Below are positions 25,092-36,600 of a stretch of 64,000 nucleotides of DNA, in pieces; within the stretch, counting starts at the first letter, position 1; each line of letters starts with the position of its first letter. The notes under the pieces were generated by a model, which made no database searches, was not told the origin of the DNA, and worked only from the letters and a program-made list of their open reading frames with translations. Position numbers and translations under genes: made by a program. Source of the stretch: Hemiscyllium ocellatum (taxonomy: Eukaryota); NCBI RefSeq assembly GCF_020745735.1, contig NC_083435.1:36233090-36297089 (forward strand). Direction: 5' to 3'.

Positions 25092-25765
25092 AGAGTCATA
25101 GAGTCATAGAGATGTACACCACGGAAACAGACCCTTCAGTCTACCCATCCATGCCGACCAGATATCCCAACCCAATCTAGTCCCACCTACCAGCACCCGG
25201 CCCATATCCCTCCAAACCCTTCCTATTCATATACCCATCCAAATGCCTCTTAAATGTTGCAATTGTACCAGCCTCCACCACATCGTCTGGCAGCTCATTC
25301 CATACACATACCATCCTCTGTGTGAAAAAGTTGCCTCTTAGGTCTCTTTTATATCTTTCCCCCCTCACCCTAAACCTATGCCCTCTAGTTCTGGACTCCC
25401 CAGTCCCAAGGAAAAGACTTTGTCTATTTATCCTATCCATGCCCCTCATAATTGTATAAACCTCTATAAGGTCACCCCTCAGCCTCCGACGCTCCAGGGA
25501 AAACAGCCCCAGCCTGTTCAGCCTCTCTCTATCCTCCAAATCCTCCAACCCTGGCAACATCCTTGTAAATCTTTTCTGAACCCTTTCAAGTTTCACATCT
25601 TTCCTAAAGGGAGGAGACCAGAATTGCACACAATATTCCAACAGTGGCCTAAACAATGTCCTGTATACCTGCAACATGACCCCCCAACTCCTGTACTCAA
25701 TACCCTGACCAAATAAAGGAAAGCATACCAAATGCCTTCTTCACGATCCTATCTACCAGTGACTC
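25092..25765 (-). mobile_element. CR1-type LINE 3' fragment
   Basis: ORF 25177-25731 is a CR1 ORF2 C-terminus; tail (ctatgact)n. Confidence 0.92.
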
Positions 25766-26645
25766 AAAGCTGAGTACACTCTCGTTCAGGGATAGGAATG
25801 TAATACAATCCTGTTCACTCCGAAATGGACCAGCATTTGATAATGCCTTTCATATCCACCAGATGTCTCCCATCCCGTAACAGTCAATCAGCTACTTTTG
25901 GAGATCAGTCATTGTTCCAGTGTCCATGCACGTGACAGCTTCTGCAAACGTCCCTGTGACAGTGACCGAACAATCTATCTCTTGTGGTGCTGACTGACAG
26001 CCAAGTACAGGCCAGACGCTGGGGACAACTCCCCCCACTCCTCCTTGAAGAAATGGCATCAGAATATTTACATCTCCCTGAGAGAGCAGGCAGGGCCTCA
26101 GTTTAGTGTGTCAGCCAGAAAGTGGTAACACTGACGTGACAGCACTCTCTCTCCATTAGACCGGAGTCTGACAGAATAACACACCCTTGTACACATGCTC
26201 CAGTTTCATGGTCGCATTAGGTATGTGCATATCCGGGTGGGGAAAAGCAACTGACATTGCTGTGTTTTATAGGGTTCAGTTGGGAATATGATTCTTTAGA
26301 ATAACCTTGACAGAATAACCTTAGGAATAGCCTTTACATGAGTGCAATGAAATGATTGCAATTTCATTGCTTTAGCACCAGTCTTGGTACAGGGTACTTA
26401 GGTACAGATACTTTAAATCTTGTTGTAGAATTTAAAGAAAGAACTAAACATTTATTACAAAGCTTTCCAAAGTACTTGAACTATAGAATAAGAATAAAAG
26501 GTATTTTTAGAAGTTACTCAAATTAACGACCATTCAACTGAGGCTGTGCCCACTGGGCTTGAGAACACAATGCCTCACTGCCTCCATGCACTGGCCTCGG
26601 GCCTGGGGCTTCTCTCTGGAACTCGCCTCTGAGACTGGTCCCAGC

Positions 26646-26964
26646 TTGGACAGCCTCCCCCTCTGGGCTCTAACCCGTGAGTTTCCATCTGGGACCCATC
26701 CCCTCCACTCTCCATGGCCTGGACAGCCTCCCCCTCTGGGCTCTAACCCGTGAGTTTCCATCTGGGACCCATCCCCTCCACTCTCCATGGCCTGGACAGC
26801 CCCCCTCTGGGCTCTAACCCGTGAGTTTCCATCTGGGACCCATCCCCTCCACTCTCCATGGCCTGGACAGCCCCCCTCTGGGCTCTAACCCGTGAGTTTC
26901 GATCTGGGACCCATCCCCTCCACTCTCCATGGCCTGGACAGCCTCCCGCTCTGGGCTCTAACCC
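26646..26964. repeat. Minisatellite, 71-73 bp unit, about 4.4 copies
   Basis: tggacagcc recurs at 26647, 26720, 26793, 26864 and 26935. Confidence 0.95.
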
Positions 26965-27784
26965 ACGACTCTGTCTCTGTGACTCACCTTTAATAGGATG
27001 TGCATAATTGGGAAAGTTATTTTGTGAAAATGAACCTAGATTTCAGTGGGTGAGTATTCTAACTAATCATTTCCTAGCTCGGATTTGATTTCATTTGATT
27101 TATTTGTTGTTATGTGTTTTTTGTTACAAAATACAGTAAAAAGTGTTGTATTGTGTTATCATTCACTGGCATCATCTTAAAACACACACAAAAACCCAAA
27201 GCATTGAATATACAGGCAGCAAAATAAAGGAAACAATGTTCAACTTGACAGTCCCTCTTGTTCACTGCCTCCCCCATGGACCTGGGGATGAGGTACGAGG
27301 CCCCCTTTGCCAAGCTGCTGCTGGCATGGAAGTGTCTACTCTTCAGCATGAAATAATCAGAGCTGCCTTCAAAGGATTTGTCTGTTCAAGTTAAAAAACT
27401 TCTACTGCATGAACAATGGCCGAATCCAAGGTCACAGATATTAACCAGAGGATTTTTTTATTACAATCTAATGTTGAACTGAAACTTCAACTGTCCTCCA
27501 TAAATCGCTTTTATGTAAGGATAAAAGGGATTAGTTAGACACTGATAGTAAGGCAGTCATGACCTGTAAAAAGAGCAGGAGTTAACATTTTATTTCATAG
27601 TCACTGTAAAATCCTTAACCTTAAAAGAAATCATGTTAAATTTCCATAATCGAAATCAGATTCAAAACAGTCTCAGATCTCAAGCTCCTGGGAACAAAGC
27701 ACAAACACTCAATCACCAACAAACAAATGTGCATTCAAACTGAATCACAAAGGGTTAAATTTTCTACCAGCTGTACAGCTCTTT

Positions 27785-27794
<10 letters not shown>

Positions 27795-27847
<53 letters not shown>
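27795..27847. repeat. (CA)n microsatellite, about 26 units
   Basis: Perfect AC run. Confidence 1.
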
Positions 27848-27848
<1 letters not shown>

Positions 27849-27849
27849 C

Positions 27850-29322
27850 ATCCCACAGGCACTTTCTGAGCTTCCCACAACAGCACCTCTAGGTGCTCCT
27901 CGCTTCCCCCCTCTATCTTTTGAATATCTTTCTGGATGTCTGGCCATGAGTTAGTTACAAGGTGTACCCTCAGTAGCCCTTCAGCTACTAGCCCTTCCGA
28001 CTTGAAGCAGAATCTGATCCCTCCTGACTGAAAGGCTGTTTTCCATTGACATATAGATTCAATCATTTACAAACCCAGTCTTCGTCCGACCCATCCTTTG
28101 GCCAGAAGACGGTGGGACAAAGAATGGATTCCTTAGTCCACACAAAGCAACAATATTTCATCATCTTTTTCCTATCTTTTCCCCTTGTCCCATTTTTCAA
28201 CATCCATCCCAAGTGTGGACTTTCTGGAGGGATGTCTTCTGGGAATTCTTTCCCCTTTATCCCAGGTGCCTCATTTTTACTTCCTTTGCCTCCCATCGTG
28301 GTCAACCCATCAGTCCCTTAATTTGACAGGGATCACACTCCCAGTCCCCAAGGCAATTCTAACTCAAACCCCAATCAAACCCAGGGGACTCTAACCTCAA
28401 TCAAACTTCGGGGACCATCCCTCCCAAAGGACTTTCTGGAGGTACGTTGTCAGGGACCCCGCCTCCATTCCCATTTCCTTTTTTATCCTCAGAGGCTCTG
28501 TCCTTACCCTCAGTGCAGCCTATATTGAGTTTCTTCGTTAGTCCCTGATTAACTACTAGAAATCAATCCCAGCCACCAAGGCAGTTCTTAAAAGTCAATG
28601 TTCCTACCTTGGTCTGTGCACGGAGTTGCCTGGCCGTTCTCCGCATTCAGAGCTGGCTTTACTCTCCCCACTGCATGGTTCTGATGTCTCCTTTCAAAGA
28701 TTCTTACCACTAATCCAAGGCACGAGACCGCTCCTCAACCAGGAACAGGACGCATCTTCTCAGTGTCCAGGGACAGCCTTTCCCTCCCAGCGATGGAAGA
28801 TATCCCGGACCAGCCCCCAATTGTGGGAAATAGAACCCACTAAGTTCAATAATTTCAGTCTGAGACAAGATCTGAAGCAGCAGTATTTCACTCTCGTGGT
28901 CTATTTTTAGCGTATATCCTCCCTCACTGCCAGCTGCTTCCTTGCTTGCTAAAGCGATATTTCCTTCCAGTCTTTGCCCATCCTGAGCGTTATGACCTCC
29001 TGATTGTGGTCTGGTTTGTTTTTGCAGAAGCGGGAACCAGATGCTTGTACCTGTTTGGACAGACATTTCTAGCTTAACCTATACCCCCTCCCCGCACAGC
29101 ACCTTATCTACTTGTCTGTAACATCTACATTGTTTTCAGGCACATTTCATTCTTGTATGTACATTTTAGCTAATACAAAAACAATTATACATTTCCTTCA
29201 CATAGTTTTCATTCTTGTTAACTCAGCCCTTGGCTGAAACAATTACACACTGGTGTGAGTTCATTTACCTTGCATAAGTAATTATGGTTGCAGAAGTAAC
29301 AATGCTTTACCTATATCCCATA
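27850..29322 (-). mobile_element. Class I (gamma/epsilon-like) endogenous retrovirus remnant: 5' LTR, PBS-Pro, leader and internally deleted gag
   Basis: PBS TGGGGGCTGGTCCGGGAT (28802-28819), 2 nt after an LTR end ..CCCACA (28822). Gag ATG at 28296: MGGKGSK..IPPESP..WPKDGSDEDWVCK*LNLYVN, then capsid-like HLVTNSWPDIQKDIQKIEG..LLWEAQKV. The outer LTR boundary is uncertain. Confidence 0.8.
28802..28819 (-). promoter_or_regulatory. Retroviral primer-binding site, tRNA-Pro
   Basis: 17/18 match to the canonical Pro PBS TGGGGGCTCGTCCGGGAT. Confidence 0.85.
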
Positions 29323-29399
29323 CATTCCTGGTTCAATGTTGCTTGGGGACAAATGTAACTGATCCCACTTGTTGGGAATTGATCCCTGCAGTACAGGGA

Positions 29400-29655
29400 C
29401 AGGGACAAAACCTCCACACCATCTCTCCAACAAGCATCCCACCCAGACTGACTGTATAACCCTGCATTTCCCATGGCCAATCCACCTAACCTGCACACCT
29501 TTGGACTGTGGGAGGAAACTGGAGCACCCACAGGAAACCCACACAGACACAAGGAGAACGTGCAAACTCCACACACACAGTTCCGAGAGGCTGGAATTGA
29601 GCCCAGATCCCTGGTGCTGTGAGGCAGCAGAACTAACCACTGAGCCACTGCACCA
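29400..29655 (-). mobile_element. tRNA-derived SINE (HE1-like)
   Basis: Minus strand GTGCAGTGGCTCAGTGGTTAGTTCTGCTGCCTCACAGCACCAGGG..GGCTCAATTCCAGCC..GGAGTTTGCACGTTCTCC. Confidence 0.85.
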
Positions 29656-31185
29656 ACAGGTTGGTGTCTGAAGGATTGTGTGGGTCTGGTGCACATTGTA
29701 CAAAGTTCCCCTGCAGGAAGCACTGAGCCTTCAGCCCACAGACCAGATGGGGCCAGAAACCGATGAAATGGAGGCTCCCAACATGGATGTGACTGGAGCC
29801 AGGCCTCATGGAGCAGCTGAGGAAACCCCGCCTGCAGCTGCCAGGGCAGCTCGAGAGCAGCTGGGGGTTGACGGATTTGGACATTGAGAAGGAGAACATC
29901 CCTCTCCCTCCCCCAGGAAATCAGAGAGAAGAGCAGTGGAGATGGAGGGAAACAAGGGACATTTTAGTTCAGCAGCAAATAGACTTTGCAGGATGTTTGT
30001 GGGAGATATTACTGAACAATGTCAACTTCATCTGGTCAGGTCAAAACCTTTCAGATCATTTATATTAATGACCAGTTTCTCTACTTTGTAAACTGCTTCA
30101 ATGACATGTCATTTAAAATTGTTTTGTACAATTTGAAATTATTCCAGGCCAATCTATAAATAAAAAAAGGACTCCACACAGAACAGGGACAGTTGAAAAT
30201 TTAGTAATAGAACACTTCTTAAATAAAACATTTCCCCAAAGTGAAACAGTAAAAATTCACCTTCTCATCAGTGCCTGACAATGACTCTCACAGGGGCAGG
30301 AGGGGGGGCAGGTAAAGCCGACTTGCCCAGTTAGAGCTGCCACCCTCATGCCTCCTGTATCTCCCCCTGTGCCCATGTCCTGCCCCCCTCCTGTCCCAGA
30401 GACATGCCCAGCAGCTGAGAACTCCTCCCTGGGGAGCTGCTGGCCAGAAGCTGCATCCATGAGAGCTCCAGCTGCTGTCCCGTGGGCCTGCCCTGTTTCT
30501 GTACTCGGAGCTGGCAGGAGGCCTTCTATTGGGCTGCTTTGTATTCCTGCCCGAGCAGCTGTCTCCAACTGCTGGGTTTGTATTGGCCTCTGGTTAGGGG
30601 GCCTTGCAGCATCCTCCATGTGGCCAGAAGGATTGAGATGGGTCTGCTTTGGACCAGGCAATGCATCAGGAATGCTTTTTCTCCAAAGGCCCAGCTGCTG
30701 AGTAGCCCTTGTCTGAAGCCCTCCCCCATCTCCTGTGTGGAAGTCATTTTGTCACCTACTAATTGTGTGGAAACCATGTTATCACGTAACTCAGCGCCAC
30801 AACCTGAAGAAGGCCTTTTTAACCTCTGTCAAGGAATCCTCAGCAGCAGGACACAGGGAGCAGCTGGACTTTAACTCTGGGGCATGTCACAGTGTGAGAT
30901 TAGAATGGGAAAGCAGGATGGTCACACAAACCATTCACTTTGATGCAGTAAAAGGTTGGGTTGCTGCAGAATTCAGCAGCAGGGCAACCGAATGTGGAAC
31001 AGATCCTGTGCATGGATAATCTAGCACATAACTGTGGAAGGAATCCCATGGAACAGGGATTGTCTTGGTATGGAAGGGACATGAATTCATCTGCCTTTTA
31101 CATAGTGCGTGTGTGTGTCTGTGTATGTATGTGTGTCTGTGTCTATGTGTGTTTTTGTGTGTGTGTGTCTGTGTGTCTACTGTGT

Positions 31186-31480
31186 GGGCGGCATGGTGGC
31201 AAGCACTGCTGCCTCACAGCGCCTGAGACCCAGGTTCAATTCCCGACTCAGGTGACTGGCTATGTGGAGTTTGCACGTTCTCCCCGTGTCTGCGTGGGTT
31301 TCCTCCGGGTGCTCCGGTTTCCTCCCACAGTCCAAAGATGTGCGGGTCAGGTGAATTGGCCATGCTAAATTGCCCGTAGTGTTAGGTAAGGGCTAAGTGT
31401 AGGGGTATGGATGGGTTGCGGGTCGGTGTGGACTTGTTGGGCTGAAGGGCCTGTTTCCACACTATAAGTAATCTAATCTA
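31186..31480 (+). mobile_element. tRNA-derived SINE (HE1-like)
   Basis: gggcggcatggtggc..ggttcaattccc..gggctgaagggcctgtttccacact..taatctaatcta; flanked by TG-rich simple sequence. Confidence 0.9.
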
Positions 31481-31534
31481 TGTGTGTGTGTCTGAGTCTG
31501 TGGGGGTGTCTCTGTGTCTGTGTGTGAGAGAGAG

Positions 31535-33069
31535 ATGCAAGCTTGATTTGATTTATTATTGTCACATGTATCTAAGTTGGCTCGTGTAGACTCATACCGT
31601 TCCCTTGCTCTCTCTCCATGGGTGCTGTCTGACCTGGATTAGGTGTTTTCAGTCCAGGTCCCAGCATCTGCAGGAATTTGCTGACAGTGGAAAGTGTTGT
31701 TTTGTGTGCAGTCCAGGCAGATGATACCATACAAAGACCATGTGGTGATTGAACAGGTCTCATTTCCCCCTCCTTACAAAACACGTGATCACTCAGGCAA
31801 CTTTCATCCAACACCAAGGTGAGTGTTTTCCAGGTTCCTGGGGGATCTGTGAGTGATCACAATTCTCACGATATCATAGAATCGCACAGAATAGGACAAG
31901 GGCCCAGTGGGGTCTCTCTCTGACCTTTTGGTGATAACTATCATCCCGGCTGCAGGTGGCTGTGGCACTGGGGGTTTAGAGAAACTATTCTTCATGAACA
32001 AAGTTACAAATCACACAACATCAGGTTATAGTCCAACAGGTATATTAGGAAGTACTAGCTTTCAGAGCGCTGCTCCTTCTGTGGTAGCTGTGGAACAGGA
32101 TCATAAGACACAGAATTTACAGCAAATGATCTCAGTGTCATGCAACAGAAACGATATTTTGAACAAACCTAAATTGCTGTTGAGTCTTTCATCTTTTCGA
32201 ATAGAGCGGGCCACATCGTATTCTCGATGGAGCAACACCACCACCTTGTGGCCGATGTCGGTACTCTACGAATTTATTCTTTTCCTGCATTACCAGCTCT
32301 GGGCAGTTGGTGGTGCTATTGTCCGTCTTCCACCTTGAAGCCACCGCATTGCCATCGTTTATTATGAAGTTATTTTTCGAAATACAATTTGTCAGATAAA
32401 GAACTTCCCTATTCTACAGGCATGACCCTGATCTTCTAGTCACATGGTTTTAATTGACTCAATCTCATTCCAACTTCTCCTTTTTGTTCGTACACCTACA
32501 CTCTTCCGATGAATAATTACAATAACTAGAGAGACAGCAATATCTCATCTTTCTATTTGTAACCTTCCAGACTCAACATCAAATTCAACAATTTTACTTC
32601 CAAATTGCCGACACCATTGTTTTTGGGTGATGTGTTTTGGTGATGTTGCTGTGATTCCTATCAACATGCCATTGAAATACACCTTTACATGTCCCACTGC
32701 TATTTCCTCCTGCCTTGCTCTCACCATCACTTCACCATTTCGCCTTCCGCTCTCTGCCCTGTCTTCTTTCTGCATTGCCTCCTGTTCTTATCGCACCACC
32801 GCATTTTTCCCTGCGTCTCCACAAACACAGAATCTGCAACATCTTTGACCTTTTCCCAGTTTTGGCCAAAGTTCACAGAACTGAAACATTTTGATTTTGT
32901 GAAAGTGCGATCCATTGGATGTGATCGACACTGAATGAATGCCGCAGTTCCGTTTGTCGCCAGGAGGTGGCAGACCTCTACCATCAGCGGCAACTGCGGG
33001 ATAATTTTTTGCTTGCAGTACCAGACACTACCAGCAGGTGGAAATATTGCACCGACTGGGACAAAACTG
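31535..33069 (-). repeat. Inner arm of an inverted segmental duplication (partner 15776-17099)
   Basis: Reverse complement of 15776-17099 with about 200 extra bp. Confidence 0.9.
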
Positions 33070-33129
33070 TTCAGATCCATTCAATGTGACAGGAGGCACA
33101 GAGGGGAAAATTGTCCAGAAATACTGCCC

Positions 33130-33560
33130 CTTAAAATCCAATGGTGTTACCGTCCCTGAATCCACCAGGACCAACATCCTTGGGGTTACCATTGACCAGA
33201 AACACCATTGGACTCAGCACATACACACGGTGGCTACAAGAACAGTCAGAGACTCGGAATACTGCGGTGAGTAAGTCACCTCCTGACTCTCCAACACCTC
33301 TCCATTACCTACAAGGCACAAGCCAGGAGTGTGATGGAGTATTCCCCTCTTACCTGGATGGGTGCAGCTCCAACAACACTCAAGGAGCTTGACACCTTCC
33401 AAACCCACAGCCACTTCCATCGGGAAGGAGATGGGCAGCAGATATACAGGAACACCACCACCCTCAAATTCCCCGCCAAGCCATTCACCATCCTGATTTG
33501 GAAATATATCACTGTTCATTCACTGTCACTGGGAGAACATTCTGGAATTCCCACCCTCAG
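33130..33560 (+). mobile_element. CR1/L2-group LINE fragment
   Basis: ORFs 33038-33274 (TNILGVTIDQKHHWTQHIHTVATR) and 33331-33582 (MMEYSPLTWMGAAPTTLKELDT). Confidence 0.75.
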
Positions 33561-33733
33561 GGCACTCACCCCATTTGGATGATGTTTTGATCTCTCTGTC
33601 CTTGGTCTCCCTGCCCATAAATTCTGTTTCCTGTGCTTCCCTCTCACTCCACCTGACCAAGGGCTGATGCTCCAAACACCAGTGATTCCGAAGGAACCGA
33701 TTGGACTCTAACCTGGTGTCATGGGAATTCTGA

Positions 33734-34230
33734 CAGTAACCTGGGACACACCCGGTCTATCACTAACCAGGGTCAGTAACCTGGGACACACCCAGTCTAT
33801 CACTAACCTGGATCAGTAACCTGGGACACAACCGGTCTATCACTAACCAGGGTCAGTAACCGGGGATACACCCAGTCTATCATTAACCTGGATCAGTAAC
33901 CTGGGATAAACCCGGTCTATCACTAACCAGGGTCAGTAACCTAGGACATACCCGGTTTATCACTAACCAGGGTCAGTAACCTTGGATACACCCGATTTAT
34001 CACTAACCTGGATCAGTAACCTGGGCACACTCAATCTGTCATCAGCCTGGGTCAGTAACCTGGGACAGACTCAGTCTATCACTAACCAGGGTCAGTAACC
34101 TGGGACAGACCCAGTCTATCACTAACCAGGGTCAGTAACCTGGGTCACACTCGGTCTATCACTAACCTGGATCATAACCTGGGACACACCTGGTCTATCA
34201 CTAGCCAGGGTAGTAACCTGGGACAGACCT
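33734..34230. repeat. Minisatellite, 40 bp unit, about 12 copies
   Basis: cagtaacctgggacacacccggtctatcactaaccagggt; cagtaac recurs at 33734, 33774 and onward. Confidence 0.95.
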
Positions 34231-34299
34231 GAGAGCTGGATAGGAGCAGACTGGAGCCTTGGAGCAGAGCGAAAGCGGTAATTGAACTGGAGGTGGTTG

Positions 34300-34570
34300 T
34301 GGAGCTGGGGGAAGCTTGCTGTGAAGGTGATAGGTACATGCAAGTGGGTGGGGTTTGGGAGAATTGATGGGGATAGGTCAGTGTGGAGTGTGGAGTGGAT
34401 AGGTGGGAAGAAAAATAGACAGGTGGGACAAGTCAAGTGGAGGGTGGGGTCTGAGATGAGGTGGGGCGTGAAAGATGAGGAAACGGGATGAAGTCAACAT
34501 TGATGCTGTGTGGTTGGAGGGTCTGAAGGCGGAAGATGAGGGATTGCTCCCCCCAGGCGTGAGGTGGGCT
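34300..34570 (-). mobile_element. PLE 3' fragment (end of GIY-YIG region and purine-rich tail)
   Basis: Homologous to 22140-22410 (LIFRLQTLQPHSINVDF). Confidence 0.6.
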
Positions 34571-34932
34571 GGATTTTGCACTTTGTAGCTCAGGGTGTTG
34601 ATGCCCTTGCTTGATAGGTTGGCAAAGAAGCAAATGGTGGTAAGACATGGAGCAGATGGTGACTGAGAGCAGTTAAGAGGGAAGGTGTTTAAGCCACATG
34701 TTGAGAGATATAGTGAGGAAATAGAGGGAAATGGTCGCATATGCAGCAGAGATTTGGTGGGCTTAACGGTTTTAAACTTAGGACTGCTCCTGCTTGGAGA
34801 GGGAAGAAAGGTATACCAAAGACTGCCCGAGCAAACTTGGGCGCTTACGTAGCAGCGAGAAGGCAAAGTTGCAGTATAACAGCACTGCCTACAGAAAACG
34901 TGCAACTCAGATTCTGTCATTGGCTTGTAAAT

Positions 34933-35057
34933 CAGGGGAGAGCGCGAACGCAGTCCCCCACTACCACAAATTTTGCAGTCGAGTATCCCGCATGTGGGGA
35001 CATCGCAGGTGTCAGCACACCCAAAGTGCAATGGGATAGCCTTGACCTGGGAGCACC
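34933..35057 (-). ncRNA. RNU1: U1 snRNA gene, nt about 40-164, 5' part replaced by a Tx1 tail
   Basis: Minus strand GGTGCTCCCAGGTCAAGGCTATCCCATTGCACTTTGGGTGTGCTGAC..AATTTGTGGTAGTGGGGGACTGCGTTCGCGCTCTCCCCTG. U1A loop ATTGCAC, Sm site and SL4 are intact; followed by a 3'-box-like AATGACAGA. Confidence 0.93.
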
Positions 35058-35807
35058 TTTTTTTTATTTCAAAAATATACTTTATTCTTAAAATAGTCAT
35101 AAAATAATTTGATACACTGTACATTTGGTAATGCCATACATATGTCAACATTTACATACACAGCTCAGAATTTTCATTATTACATACAGATCTGTGCATT
35201 TCTCATTCATATATTGAGCTGAGGCGTCAGCAGAGCCCAAATGACTGCAGGGCCCCTTGATCTTCTTTAAACAGGCAGATGTTAAACGGTGGTCTTTCCC
35301 CACCGCGCCTTGGCGGCAGCTGCCCCAAGCTTCAGTGCGTCCCTCAACACGTAGTCCTGGACCTTGGAATGTGCCAGTCTGCAACACTCAGTTGGGGTCA
35401 ACTCCTTCAGCTGGAAGATCGACAGGTTTCGGACCGCCCAGAGAGCGTCCTTCACCGAGTTGATGATCCTCCAGGCGCAGTTGATGTTTGTCTCGGTGTG
35501 CGCCCCAGGGAACAGGCCGTAGAGCACGGAGTCCCGCGTCACGGCGCTGCTCGGGACGAACCTCGACAAATACCACTGCACATAGTCACCCCTCTCAGGC
35601 TCGCATCCTTCCTGATGGACTCGGCAAATGGCTCTATGCAGCACACAAACAAGGCAGGAGAGAGAGGGCAGCCCTGCCTGAATCCAGATCTGACTGGGAA
35701 GCTATCTGATTCCCACCCATTGATTGAGACTGCACTGACAATGTTGGTGTAGAGTAGTCTGATCCAATTGCAGATTCCCTCCCCAAAGCCCATTTTGGAG
35801 AGAACCT
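35058..35807 (-). mobile_element. Tx1-group LINE 3' segment with an internal deletion of about 1.07 kb at 35578
   Basis: RT piece VLSKMGFGEG..QGCPLSP..SLRGVT is fused to the C-terminal SRFVPSSAVTRDSV..RWGKTTV*. 3' UTR and tail AATAAAGTATATTTTTGAAATAAAAAAA abut U1. Confidence 0.92.
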
Positions 35808-36599
35808 CTCTCACTGTAACCTGTGCGGAGAGGCGGGCCACATGTACAAGGCCTGCCCAAGACGAGGAGACGCCACCTACGCACAGATGGCCGGAGGTGG
35901 TAACACGAGCTGGAGACCTGACTAGGACCAGCAAGGCACCACAAAACAGCACGGGAACGGCGTCTGGAGGCACCGAGAAGGAAGGGAAGGTTTTGTGGAG
36001 CAGACGGCAGACAGCAGGCGATCCAACCTCCTTCAAGGCAGGCCGAGGAAATGGAAGAGGAGGAATCAAAGGAAGCAGAGGATTGGATCACAGTCAAAAA
36101 CAGGAAGAGGAAAACTCTCGGGGGCCCCAAAGCCACCCAGAGAAGGGGGAAACGACACCAGCAAGTCGAGGATACAGGCAGCTCTTCCGATGGTGAGGAC
36201 GGGCGCAAGAAGGGTCGCCACCAGAGGAAGAGACAGAGCGCCATGGGGAGAAAGGAGGGCAGCACCACCCAGGAAGGGAAAGACGATCCCTCTGTGGGGA
36301 TGGGTAAAGGCCTCCCCCCACCCGGTGAGAACCAAGAGGTACCCACTGGCCCACAGCTCCAGGTAACTGGGAGCAGCGGTCCTGTGACAGCCCCGCTGTC
36401 AGATGGAGAACTGAACAGTGCGGACCCTGGGCTCGACACAAAGACACCAGAGCGGGGAAATGGCTCCAGCGTGGAGCCGGACAGCTACCTCAGCCCTGGG
36501 ATGGTCCAGCAGTTTGCCGTCACCACGGGGATGCACACAGCTACCCCAGAGGAGCAAGACCAGCAGCAAATGGACACTGTTAACCTTGTAAATTGTTAA
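35808..36599 (+). mobile_element. Tx1-group ORF1 C-terminal half (gag-like zinc knuckle, basic and acidic low-complexity tail)
   Basis: CNLCGEAGHMYKAC (CCHC knuckle) at 35815. ORF 36051-36599 stops 1 nt before the ORF2 ATG. Confidence 0.85.
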
Positions 36600-36600
36600 A

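Noticed and set aside
29660-31080. Possible Harbinger transposon remnant (nuclease C-terminus on plus, second ORF on minus)
   Set aside because: Only vague resemblance (WCTLYKVPLQ, acidic tail). No DDE motif or TIRs identified; a profile search is needed.
33734-34230. CRISPR-like appearance of regular repeats (also 10955-11345 and 26646-26964)
   Set aside because: No unique spacers, no cas genes, and a eukaryotic context.
34933-35057. U1-headed SINE (SINEU-like) or processed U1 pseudogene
   Set aside because: U1 lies 3' of the LINE tail rather than at the head, lacks its own 5' end, has no polyA, and is followed by 3'-box-like genomic flank.
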